NCBI GenBank assembly: GCA_963666985.2
Contig: CAXXIA010000001.1
Location: 480,001 to 544,000 of the forward strand
From: Spirochaetia bacterium
GTDB taxonomy: Bacteria > Spirochaetota > Spirochaetia > DSM-2461
Direction of reading: 5' to 3'
DNA length: 64,000 bases
Part shown: positions 55,909 to 64,000 of the stretch, one piece after another
How positions within the stretch are numbered: position 1 is the first letter of the stretch
Layout of the letters: the number at the start of each line of letters is the position of its first letter
Made by a program: the position numbers and the translations under genes
Notes under the pieces: generated by a model
What the model saw: the letters and a program-made list of their open reading frames with translations, nothing else
Told to the model about the DNA's origin: nothing
Database searches by the model: none

Positions 55909-56118
55909 CACATCAGGTATCAATAACTCCAATTGCTCCGATTCTTTAAGAATAAAAACTTCTGTAATAAGAAAATATTGAATTTTCTCATTCACAAAAT
56001 AATCTGTAAATATTTTGTAAAATTGGAAAATTGAGAAATTATCGCTTAGTATGGAAAGAGGGGAAAAAAATTACGGTATATAAAGACGTAGCTATATACC
56101 GCATGGAAAGGAATATCA

Positions 56119-57078
56119 GTGATTCCAAACAAAGCACATTTTATTTGGATTGGCGATTACTTTTCATGGCTCAGTTATATATCTGTATTGAGCTGTCTGC
56201 GGAACGGGGGATTCGATGAAGTTCATCTACATTTTGTCGGTCCTTCAAATAACAGCCCCTATTTAGAGTCTCTTAAGAAATTCAGAGTTTTCAAAGTCCA
56301 TTTCAGTTCTTCCATGAATATATTCCAAGAATGCGGAGAATATGCTTCGAGACTGGAAGAACTCTACCAAAAAGTGGAGAATTCCTACGTCATAAAATCC
56401 AATATTCTGAGATATGCCGTACTTTATTCCTCAGGTGGAGTCTATTTCGATTGTGATTTTCTTGTCTTAAAGCCTTTTTCGAAATTGCTTAATGAAAAAA
56501 ATGCACTATTGGGGAAAGAAAAAATATTAGCGCCTTACAAAGTAATTAAATCTAGAAATCCTATCATAAAGCTTATTCTCAAGATGAAAGTACTCATTCG
56601 GCTTTTATGTGCAAAAATCCCAAAAGGTTATATAATATATAATAAACTTAATATAAATCATGAAGCTTTTAACAATGCCTTAATTGGTTCCATTGAAAAA
56701 GGGGATTTGATCATTGAAATTATTGAATCACTTCTTAAAATTGATTGTAAAAAAATTAATAAAGCTTACTATACCGGTACATACTTACTTCAGAACGTTA
56801 TGGAATTGATGAAAGAGAATACAGATATAAGCATTTATGATTCTTCTTACTTTTTTCCAATATCGCCAATTATTTCGGAGCATTTATTTAAAAAATATCG
56901 CCAAGTCAGGCTGGAAAAGATAATAACCGATAATGCATATGCACTTCATTGGTATTCCGCGACTTTTCGGAATAATTCTGAATTCGCCTTGTCTTGTACA
57001 ATAGATTCATTATATGAAGGAAATAAAAAGACTATATTTTACGATATAATTGAAAAGTTTTCTATTAATAATGATTAA
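56119..57078 (+). CDS. DXD-motif glycosyltransferase (GT32/Och1-like)
   Basis: IPNKAHFIWIG, SNILRYAVLYSSGGVYFDCD, NALIG and TGT. Confidence 0.85.
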   Translation: MIPNKAHFIWIGDYFSWLSYISVLSCLRNGGFDEVHLHFVGPSNNSPYLESLKKFRVFKVHFSSSMNIFQECGEYASRLEELYQKVENSYVIKSNILRYAVLYSSGGVYFDCDFLVLKPFSKLLNEKNALLGKEKILAPYKVIKSRNPIIKLILKMKVLIRLLCAKIPKGYIIYNKLNINHEAFNNALIGSIEKGDLIIEIIESLLKIDCKKINKAYYTGTYLLQNVMELMKENTDISIYDSSYFFPISPIISEHLFKKYRQVRLEKIITDNAYALHWYSATFRNNSEFALSCTIDSLYEGNKKTIFYDIIEKFSINND

Positions 57079-57093
57079 GTTTAGGAGTATATC

Positions 57094-57924
57094 TTGGTTT
57101 ATATAAGCTGCACAACAACAAGGAAACGCTTATCGCTGTTCTATTTTACCTACAAATCTTTAAAGCGTCAGAAGTATGATAAATATAAAATCGTTCTTAA
57201 TATTTCATCGGAAGGATACTTATATGATGAAGGAATCTCAAGTATACCCGATTGGTTAGAAAAAGAAGATATTATAATTAAATGGGTTCCGAATACAGGG
57301 CCTTATAGAAAACTTTTACCGTTAATAAATGATATTGATGAAATGGATATAGTAATTACTGTTGATGATGATATTTTGTATCATGAAAATTGGCTAAAAG
57401 AGTTTGTTGATGCAGGGGAAAAAAATAAAGACAAAATAATTGCCGCAAGAGGAAGGTTCGTTAGAAAAACAATCTTTGGGAATTATAAAAATTATAGACA
57501 ATGGTCTGTATGTAGAGATAAAAGCTTTGGGCTAAATATAATTGCAGTTGGATGCGGTGGAATCCTTTATAGAAAATCTTTGATTGATTTAAGCTTTATT
57601 AATGATGAAGCATTTGTAAACATCTCACCTACAAGTGACGATTTATGGTTTAAGTGCGCAGAATTATTAAAGGGAACTGAAATTTTTGTTGATCCTTTAA
57701 TTGATAACGACAATATTACTTTAGACCATAAGTATGGCTTATTTAAACAAGGTAATAGTTTGGTTAATAGAAATGAAACTGTATTTAAAATTGGTATAAA
57801 GCTTATAATTGACTATATATTTGGACACCTGGGAATAAATACTGGAAAGAATGATAAGAATTGGGATGAGATTGGAAAATATTTAAAAAGAAAATATAAC
57901 TTTAGAATTAAAGATGTAATCTGA
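57094..57924 (+). CDS. GT-A fold glycosyltransferase
   Basis: SCTT..RL, PYRKLLP, ITVDDDILY, GCGGILY and DDLWF. Confidence 0.78.
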   Translation: MVYISCTTTRKRLSLFYFTYKSLKRQKYDKYKIVLNISSEGYLYDEGISSIPDWLEKEDIIIKWVPNTGPYRKLLPLINDIDEMDIVITVDDDILYHENWLKEFVDAGEKNKDKIIAARGRFVRKTIFGNYKNYRQWSVCRDKSFGLNIIAVGCGGILYRKSLIDLSFINDEAFVNISPTSDDLWFKCAELLKGTEIFVDPLIDNDNITLDHKYGLFKQGNSLVNRNETVFKIGIKLIIDYIFGHLGINTGKNDKNWDEIGKYLKRKYNFRIKDVI

Positions 57925-57965
57925 TGGTCTTACTCTTTTAGATTGATTTTAAAGGGAGCTGTTAG

Positions 57966-58862
57966 TTGAAATATTTTTTTTCAATAATAATGCCTCTTTT
58001 TAATAAAATGGATTATTGTAAACTCTCAATCCAATCCGTTGTAAATCAAAGTTTTAAAGATTACGAGTTAATAATTGTAAATGATGGATCGACTGATAAT
58101 AGCGTTGAGATAGTAAATGAGTTTCTTGATAATCCACAAATAAAATTATTTTCTATTACGAATCATGGGGTTTCATATGCCAGAAATTATGGCGTAAAGA
58201 GAGCTAATGGATTATATGTATCATTTTTAGATGCTGACGATCTATATCATTCGGAATATCTTAAGATAATGCATGCTGCAATTAAAACTTATCCTGAAAA
58301 AAAATGGTTTGGAACAGGCTATATCAAGAGCAATAATCCATCATTAAATGATCTTAATAAAGTTTCTAATGACGAATTTAAAATTATAGATTATTATGAA
58401 GCTTCAATTAAATCCGGCAAATATAGAAGTATAATTCATATTTCTTCAACAGTAATTGAATTAAACTTATTTAAAGAAATTGGAGGTTTTACTGAAAACG
58501 CAACACATTGGGAAGATTATGATCTTTTTTTTAGATTGGCAGATAACAATAAACTTATTTTTTTTGATTCCCCGTTAACATACTATCGTATTGGCTTTTT
58601 AGATAGTTTATCACAATCGAATAATCATAGAGTTGAACCCACGAAATTATTTTCTTTAGAAAATTTTAAATCAAGAAACAGGTATAAAAGAAAGCTTTAT
58701 TCATTATTAATTAAAGACTACTTAGATATTTATTTGGACTTTGATGGGAATATAATAAAAATTGATAAGGTTAAATGTCTTAGGTATGCATTTATGACTT
58801 TCTTCATTGGGCCCAAATCTCTTCTATATATATTGAAGACGTTTAAATTGCTTTTTTTTTAA
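57966..58862 (+). CDS. GT2-family glycosyltransferase
   Basis: SIIMPLFN, VNDGSTD, GVSYARN, FLDADD and WEDYD. Confidence 0.92.
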   Translation: MKYFFSIIMPLFNKMDYCKLSIQSVVNQSFKDYELIIVNDGSTDNSVEIVNEFLDNPQIKLFSITNHGVSYARNYGVKRANGLYVSFLDADDLYHSEYLKIMHAAIKTYPEKKWFGTGYIKSNNPSLNDLNKVSNDEFKIIDYYEASIKSGKYRSIIHISSTVIELNLFKEIGGFTENATHWEDYDLFFRLADNNKLIFFDSPLTYYRIGFLDSLSQSNNHRVEPTKLFSLENFKSRNRYKRKLYSLLIKDYLDIYLDFDGNIIKIDKVKCLRYAFMTFFIGPKSLLYILKTFKLLFF

Positions 58863-58878
58863 AGAGGATTTAAACTAA

Positions 58879-59784
58879 ATGAAATTGTCGGTTATTGTCC
58901 CGATTTATAATACTGAAAAATATCTTAAAAAATGCATTGATTCTATTTTGGCGCAATCTTTTCCAGATTTCGAATTAATTCTAATAAATGACGGATCAAC
59001 GGATAACTCCGGTACTATTTGTGACAATTATGCAAAAAGAGATTCTAGAATTATTGTTATTCAGCAGGTTAATAAAGGATTATCTTATTCTCGTAATCTT
59101 GGGAAGAAAATTGCAAAAGGTGAATATTTATCTTTTATAGATAGTGATGATTATATTCATCCGAAGATGTTTATAGATATGATTAATAACTTAAAAGATC
59201 ATAATGCTGACATATCAATCTGTAATTTTAAAGTTATTGGTGTAAAACAGCCTGTAAAAATATTTTATATAGAAACATTTGGAATAAATGCATATTCAAG
59301 TAAGGATTACCTAATTTTGTCTCAATGTAGAAATCCCGTAGTCTGGAATAAGATATATAAAAGTTCTTTATGGAAGAATGTTGATTTTCCAATTAATCAT
59401 ATTAATGAAGATGAATTTGTAACATATAAAGTATTATATTCAGCGAATAGAATTGTTGTTACCGATAATAGGTATTACTATTATCGAAAAAGAAAAAATA
59501 GTATTATGGATTCTGATTCCTATTATAAAAAACTTGATTATATTTATGCACATAAGCTGAAAATTAAATATTTTAGAATGAAAAAAGAATCAGAATTGAA
59601 AGTTTTATCAATTGTATTATGGATTTCATCGCAAAAAGAAGTTTTGTTGCGTGCAATTAAACAATTCCATTTATTTATAATAATTAAAACATTGAGTTCA
59701 TTGGTATTTCACTTTTATTGGTTTTTTCTATTTAAAATATTTCAATTGAAGAAGAATATAAGGAATAGTAAGAGGTTTATTTAA
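58879..59784 (+). CDS. GT2-family glycosyltransferase
   Basis: SVIVPIYN, INDGSTD, FIDSDD, VWNKIY and NED. Confidence 0.93.
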   Translation: MKLSVIVPIYNTEKYLKKCIDSILAQSFPDFELILINDGSTDNSGTICDNYAKRDSRIIVIQQVNKGLSYSRNLGKKIAKGEYLSFIDSDDYIHPKMFIDMINNLKDHNADISICNFKVIGVKQPVKIFYIETFGINAYSSKDYLILSQCRNPVVWNKIYKSSLWKNVDFPINHINEDEFVTYKVLYSANRIVVTDNRYYYYRKRKNSIMDSDSYYKKLDYIYAHKLKIKYFRMKKESELKVLSIVLWISSQKEVLLRAIKQFHLFIIIKTLSSLVFHFYWFFLFKIFQLKKNIRNSKRFI

Positions 59785-59838
59785 AATGTATAAACGATAT
59801 ATTGGAAATAGTGGGTATTTATGCGGTCGAAGACAGGG

Positions 59839-59865
59839 CACTACGGCTTTAGCCGTGGATGAATG
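59839..59865. mobile_element. Isolated IS200/IS605-type end hairpin (remnant)
   Basis: CTACGGC-TTTA-GCCGTGG-ATGAATG in a GC-richer patch between AT-rich genes. Confidence 0.55.
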
Positions 59866-59902
59866 AGCTCCGAGTGTTAGTTGAATAAATAGAGAAAAAG
59901 TT

Positions 59903-60751
59903 ATGATACCTAGAATTATATGGATCTATTGGGATAAAGGTGAAAAAAATGCACCTTTCATTATAAAGAAATGCATTGAATCATGGCGAAGCAACAATAA
60001 AAAATGGGATGTTCGATTAATTGATAAAGAAACAATTTCTAATTTTATAGATATTGAAGTAGCAAAAGAAAAATTTGACAGATTATCGATACAAATTCAA
60101 TCGGATGTAATAAGAATTTCCTTGCTAAAGATCTATGGTGGAGTATGGGTTGATGCAAGTGCATATTGTCCAAAATCGCTGGATAGTTGGTTATATGATA
60201 TATGCGATTCCGGTTTTTTCATGTTTTCAAATCCTGGTCCTGACAGACTAATAGCGAGTTGGTTTATCGCGGCAGAAAAAGAAAATTATATACTCATTAC
60301 ACTATATGATTATTTTATAAATATAGTTAGGAAAAATAAATTTTATTTCAAGAATAGAACTTTATCAAAGATAAAAAGAAAAGTTTATAAATTTGTAAAA
60401 AATAGGTTTAATAAGAACATTGAAGTAACGAAATATTGGCTGAATCCAATTTGTTTAAAGATATTTCGGATCTATCCATATTTTTTATTTCACTATTGTT
60501 TCAACCATTTGGTATTGCATGATAAAAGGTTTAATAAAGAATGGTCTATCATGAAAAAAGTAAGTGCCGAAAATTCACACTTTCTTCAAAAAAAAGGATT
60601 ACTTTCAATCCCAACAGATGAAATAATGTGGAAAATATATGAAAATGAAATACTTGTCCATAAATTGAATTATAGATTTGATGAATCAAATTATTCAAAT
60701 AGAACTTTACTAGGTCGTTTTCTTGAATTTAATGAAAAAGGCAATAACTAA
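59903..60751 (+). CDS. Capsular polysaccharide synthesis protein (Caps_synth/GT32-like)
   Basis: IPRIIWIYWDKG, SDVIRISLLKIYGGVWVDAS, SWFIAA and HKL. Confidence 0.88.
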   Translation: MIPRIIWIYWDKGEKNAPFIIKKCIESWRSNNKKWDVRLIDKETISNFIDIEVAKEKFDRLSIQIQSDVIRISLLKIYGGVWVDASAYCPKSLDSWLYDICDSGFFMFSNPGPDRLIASWFIAAEKENYILITLYDYFINIVRKNKFYFKNRTLSKIKRKVYKFVKNRFNKNIEVTKYWLNPICLKIFRIYPYFLFHYCFNHLVLHDKRFNKEWSIMKKVSAENSHFLQKKGLLSIPTDEIMWKIYENEILVHKLNYRFDESNYSNRTLLGRFLEFNEKGNN

Positions 60752-60885
60752 TAGAATTATATCTCTCTAAAATATGGTAAATAGTTAAAAAATTTATGGT
60801 TCTAATAATTGATGGAGCATTCATGCATTTCACCATTCGAACAGGTTATTCAAACACACAGTATTGTGTGAAATCCTAGAAATAG

Positions 60886-61665
60886 TTAGTTATTATTAAC
60901 ATTATATGCAAGTATCTTATTATAGGATGATAAATAATTAAAATACGTGATATCATGCCTATATTTCTTTCGTACTTTTTCTGCAGTTTTAATTGAATAG
61001 TATTTTAACCAATCATCATTTGCATTAGAAGAATTAAATTTCTCAAGTGGTTGAAGATTAAATCTTTCTGCTATATATGGATAAGTTTCTTCAATTTTTT
61101 CAAGCTTTAATATTTTAGAAAAATGATTGAGTCCTGCTTTTTTAAGTAAATAGTATTGAGGAATAAAATGTTTATCACATAACCGATTAGGTATTTTGCA
61201 TATGATACTTACGAAATCATCAAAAGATAAATTGCCATTGCGAAGTTTCTTGTTAAAATAGAATTTAAAGTCATTCAAATTAAGATCTTTATCATTAAAA
61301 AATTTGCTTTTATAACATGAAACTAAACGAATAAAGGGGTCTCTAACGTAAGTGAAAATGAAATAGTTATAGTTTTGATTTCTAATTTTATTTATTTTAT
61401 CAAATTGAATTTTATGAACTTCATAGAAATTGTTTACGATATTCCAATCTGGATAAATAGATTTTGCTATACTTATTTTAATCGATGTACATGCAACTTT
61501 AGAATTTACAAAATAAATTATCTTTCTATCATTAATTCGAATAAACTCTAAACGGTTAATCCAAAATAATTGAACAAGGAAATTCTTTACTATTTTATTA
61601 TAAAATCGAATTTTTTTATGTAGTTTTTTTAAAATCGGAATTTTACGAATCTTATATAATATCAT
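60886..61665 (-). CDS. Sulfotransferase family 2 protein
   Basis: 5'-PSB-like KVACTS and 3'-PB-like VRDPFIRLVSCY; HFIPQ. Confidence 0.88.
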   Translation of the reverse strand: MILYKIRKIPILKKLHKKIRFYNKIVKNFLVQLFWINRLEFIRINDRKIIYFVNSKVACTSIKISIAKSIYPDWNIVNNFYEVHKIQFDKINKIRNQNYNYFIFTYVRDPFIRLVSCYKSKFFNDKDLNLNDFKFYFNKKLRNGNLSFDDFVSIICKIPNRLCDKHFIPQYYLLKKAGLNHFSKILKLEKIEETYPYIAERFNLQPLEKFNSSNANDDWLKYYSIKTAEKVRKKYRHDITYFNYLSSYNKILAYNVNNN

Positions 61666-62147
61666 AATTCTATATTATATATATTGTTTGTTCATAGATG
61701 ATTTGTCAAGTAAAAAATTGAATAATTATAGAAGAGTAATGGGCTTATTTTTTATGGTTTTTTACGCTTATGCTTTTCTTGGGTATAAATATTTTTTCTA
61801 TGAGCAATTTAACTACGGGATAATCGAATTCCCAATTTTACTTTTAACTTTTTCCAGACTTCTGAGCTGATTTCTCAATTTCGGTCATTGAAGTCTTAAT
61901 TGATTTACAGAAAGTTTTCAACAAGAAAAGGATTAAAGCTTCCAGAACCATCAACTTTTAGAAATCTTCTTGAAATAGTCGACCGATTACAGCATGAACA
62001 ACATACGATATATTATAAACTCGGATTGTCGGCAGAGCTCTTTTCTATGAGAAATATTCATTCCGAAAAATAATTCGGTTGTAAATTCACAGTAACTTTT
62101 TGACTTCTGTGTTGGACATTATCATCCTCAATTCATCAGGAAAGTAA

Positions 62148-62918
62148 TTATAAGGATTTTAAAGAATCTAAAATATCATTATACTCTTCTATATAGTAAA
62201 GTTTTAAAACATCATTCTTGTATTTTTTCATAACTTTTCTTAATGTCTCGGCAGTATAGTAATTTATCCAATTTTCATTTGAACCCGAAGGATTTAACAA
62301 TTGTAATTGCTTTAAATTATACTTTTTAGCAATTATTGGAAATGATTCTTCAATACTCTCTAGTTTAAGAATTGATGAGAAATGCCTAAGACCGGCTTTT
62401 TTAAGCAGATAGTATTGAGGAACAAAGTGTCTGTCACATAATCTGTTAGGAATATGACAAATTATATCAACAAATTCTTCAAATGAAATATTTCCATTCC
62501 GAATTTTTTTATTAAAATAGAATTTAAAATCATTAACCTTTATAGTTTTATCGACTATAAGTTTACTTTTATAGCATGATACTAAACGAGAAAAAGGATT
62601 CCTGACATAGACAAAAATATAGTTATCTAAATCATTTTTGTTAAGTTTATTGACTTTTTTTAAACTGATTCTGTGAACATCATATAGATTCTCAGCCTCC
62701 CATTCCGGATTTAACGTTTGTGCAAAACAAGTTTTTATGGAAGTACCGGCAACTTTAGATATAGAAAGATATATTAGTTTTCTGTCTGGAAGTTTATAGA
62801 ATTCCAATTTTTTTGAGATCGATAAAAGATTGAAAAAATTTATAAATCTTTTTCGAAATCGCCACATCGTTTTTAAGGAAAAGTCTATAAACTTGTATTT
62901 TCGAATACTAGTAAGCAT
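62148..62918 (-). CDS. Sulfotransferase family 2 protein (paralogue)
   Basis: KVAGTS, VRNPFSRLVSCY and HFVPQ. Confidence 0.88.
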   Translation of the reverse strand: MLTSIRKYKFIDFSLKTMWRFRKRFINFFNLLSISKKLEFYKLPDRKLIYLSISKVAGTSIKTCFAQTLNPEWEAENLYDVHRISLKKVNKLNKNDLDNYIFVYVRNPFSRLVSCYKSKLIVDKTIKVNDFKFYFNKKIRNGNISFEEFVDIICHIPNRLCDRHFVPQYYLLKKAGLRHFSSILKLESIEESFPIIAKKYNLKQLQLLNPSGSNENWINYYTAETLRKVMKKYKNDVLKLYYIEEYNDILDSLKSL

Positions 62919-62977
62919 ATTAATAATTATTTATGAAAAATGGAAAAGATCAAGAAAACAATAATGAATGAAAAAGA

Positions 62978-63698
62978 CGGATTGAAATTCCTAACGCAAT
63001 TCAGCCAATGCCTGCTTCGGTGTTTTATACCCCAAGGTTTTTCTTAGCCTTTCATTTAAAAATCAGGCTATCCGACCCACATAATATTGGTCGATATTCC
63101 GAAAATCATCAATTTCATAAAGCATATCACAGATTAAACCATTTGTATTTTCGCATGTCGCTTTTTCCCATGGCGAATGAGGGTGACAGAAGAAAACATC
63201 GATTTTGGCTCTTTTAGCCAATTGCTTGTGCTCACTGTTTCCCTTGCCTTGATCCAAGGTCAACGTCTTTCTTAGATGAGGTTCTATCCACTTAAATCGT
63301 CTCTCAATTGTTTTTCGAACAGTGGCTGCATCGTATTTGAGAAGAAGATCCATCTGGATATATCGTGTTTGTCTTTCTACAATGATACAGATAGCCGACT
63401 TATGATCTTTCCCTATGATTAAGTCTCCCTCCCAATGACCTGGTACTTCCCGGTCTTCCACTTCCGGCGGCCTCGCGCTGTGACAACAACTTTGACACAT
63501 CGCGAGGGGGATCTATTTCTTTCCAGTCTTCGGAATTGATTTTCAATTTTGGACATTGATGCCTTCGTTGCTTTAAAGACAGGTATTCGGCAAGAAAGGG
63601 ATTACAACTTCCTAAATCATCACCTTGGAATGTCATTCTGCGGTAACTCATGGAAACTCCTTGCTCTTTTATTTTCGTGCGTTAGGAATTTCAATCCG
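62978..63698 (-). mobile_element. Internally deleted IS30-family element (721 bp)
   Basis: Perfect 21-bp terminal inverted repeat CGGATTGAAATTCCTAACGCA (62978-98 and 63678-98) enclosing transposase fragments. Confidence 0.9.
63063..63651 (-). pseudogene. IS30 transposase pseudogene
   Basis: RPPEVEDREVPGHWEGDLIIG, TLTLDQGK and FCHPHSPWEKATCENTNGL; N-terminus (MSYRRMTF, after AAGGAG) is in another frame and largely deleted. Confidence 0.88.
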
Positions 63699-63759
63699 CT
63701 TAGTTTAATAATTTTAAGTAAAAAAGTCATTCAATTCTTTTTTCACATACAGACAGCGA

Positions 63760-64000
63760 AAGTGATCCGCCCTCTCCCATCCTGTTATGAACCGCCGGGT
63801 TGCCGGTAGAATCTTTTACCATCCCGGAGACAGCCCTTGGTGTGCCGGTTCGGCCTGACGAGACTTCCTGTTTCGACAGGCTCCCGTTATCGGGTTCTCG
63901 CCACGCTTCTCGCTTCGCTGTGGTGCATGGCTGTTTGCGTTCTTCGTCCTCGCCGCTGTACGACATAGTGGCCGCAACAGGCCTTACCTTTCCGAGTTAT
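63760..64000. other. GC-rich structured non-coding segment running off the window end (possible IS110/IS1111 non-coding end)
   Basis: GC-rich within an AT-rich island; hairpins at 63795-63827, 63867-63880 and 63883-63894; no credible ORF. Confidence 0.4.

Larger units (their letters stand above)
55909..62977. other. AT-rich glycan biosynthesis island
   Basis: Abrupt composition switch right after the araM stop; five glycosyltransferase-type genes, two sulfotransferases and IS debris. Confidence 0.85.

Noticed and set aside
63788..63830. GAACCGCCGGG... considered as group II intron domain V
   Set aside because: The hairpin geometry, AC bulge and following domain VI do not match, and no reverse transcriptase ORF is in the window.
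63727..63966. 79-aa minus-strand ORF
   Set aside because: It has no SD and no recognisable motif, and it overlaps a hairpin-rich segment better explained as non-coding.

Overview
Bacterial chromosomal segment, probably from a spirochaete (Spirochaetaceae-like). This is inferred from polA-coaE-SPOR synteny, fliS and the style of the solute-binding protein N-terminus. A GC-rich backbone carries an MCP 3' end, GDPD, PIN-PhoH, a polysaccharide deacetylase, fliS, ugpBAE, nagB, polA, coaE, cysE, ada, two KamA-family radical SAM genes, purU, plsY and an L-arabinose operon ending in glycerol-1-phosphate dehydrogenase. Two visibly AT-rich blocks stand out: a LysR / AprA-AsfA-like flavoprotein / ferredoxin / MFS cassette (about 10.4-15.5 kb) and a glycosyltransferase-sulfotransferase island with IS debris (about 55.9-64 kb). 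The best candidates for undescribed biology are: (i) an operon joining a CrtI/RetSat-like flavoprotein and an FNR-[2Fe-2S] reductase to FakB/FakA/PlsY, with a divergent non-canonical E2-like acyltransferase; (ii) the AsfRAB-like cassette; (iii) several structured non-coding elements, including a possible IS110-type non-coding end; (iv) an unannotated 35-aa ORF coupled to a MocR regulator. No rRNA, tRNA or CRISPR array was seen. All calls come from motif recognition by eye; no database search or folding program was run.
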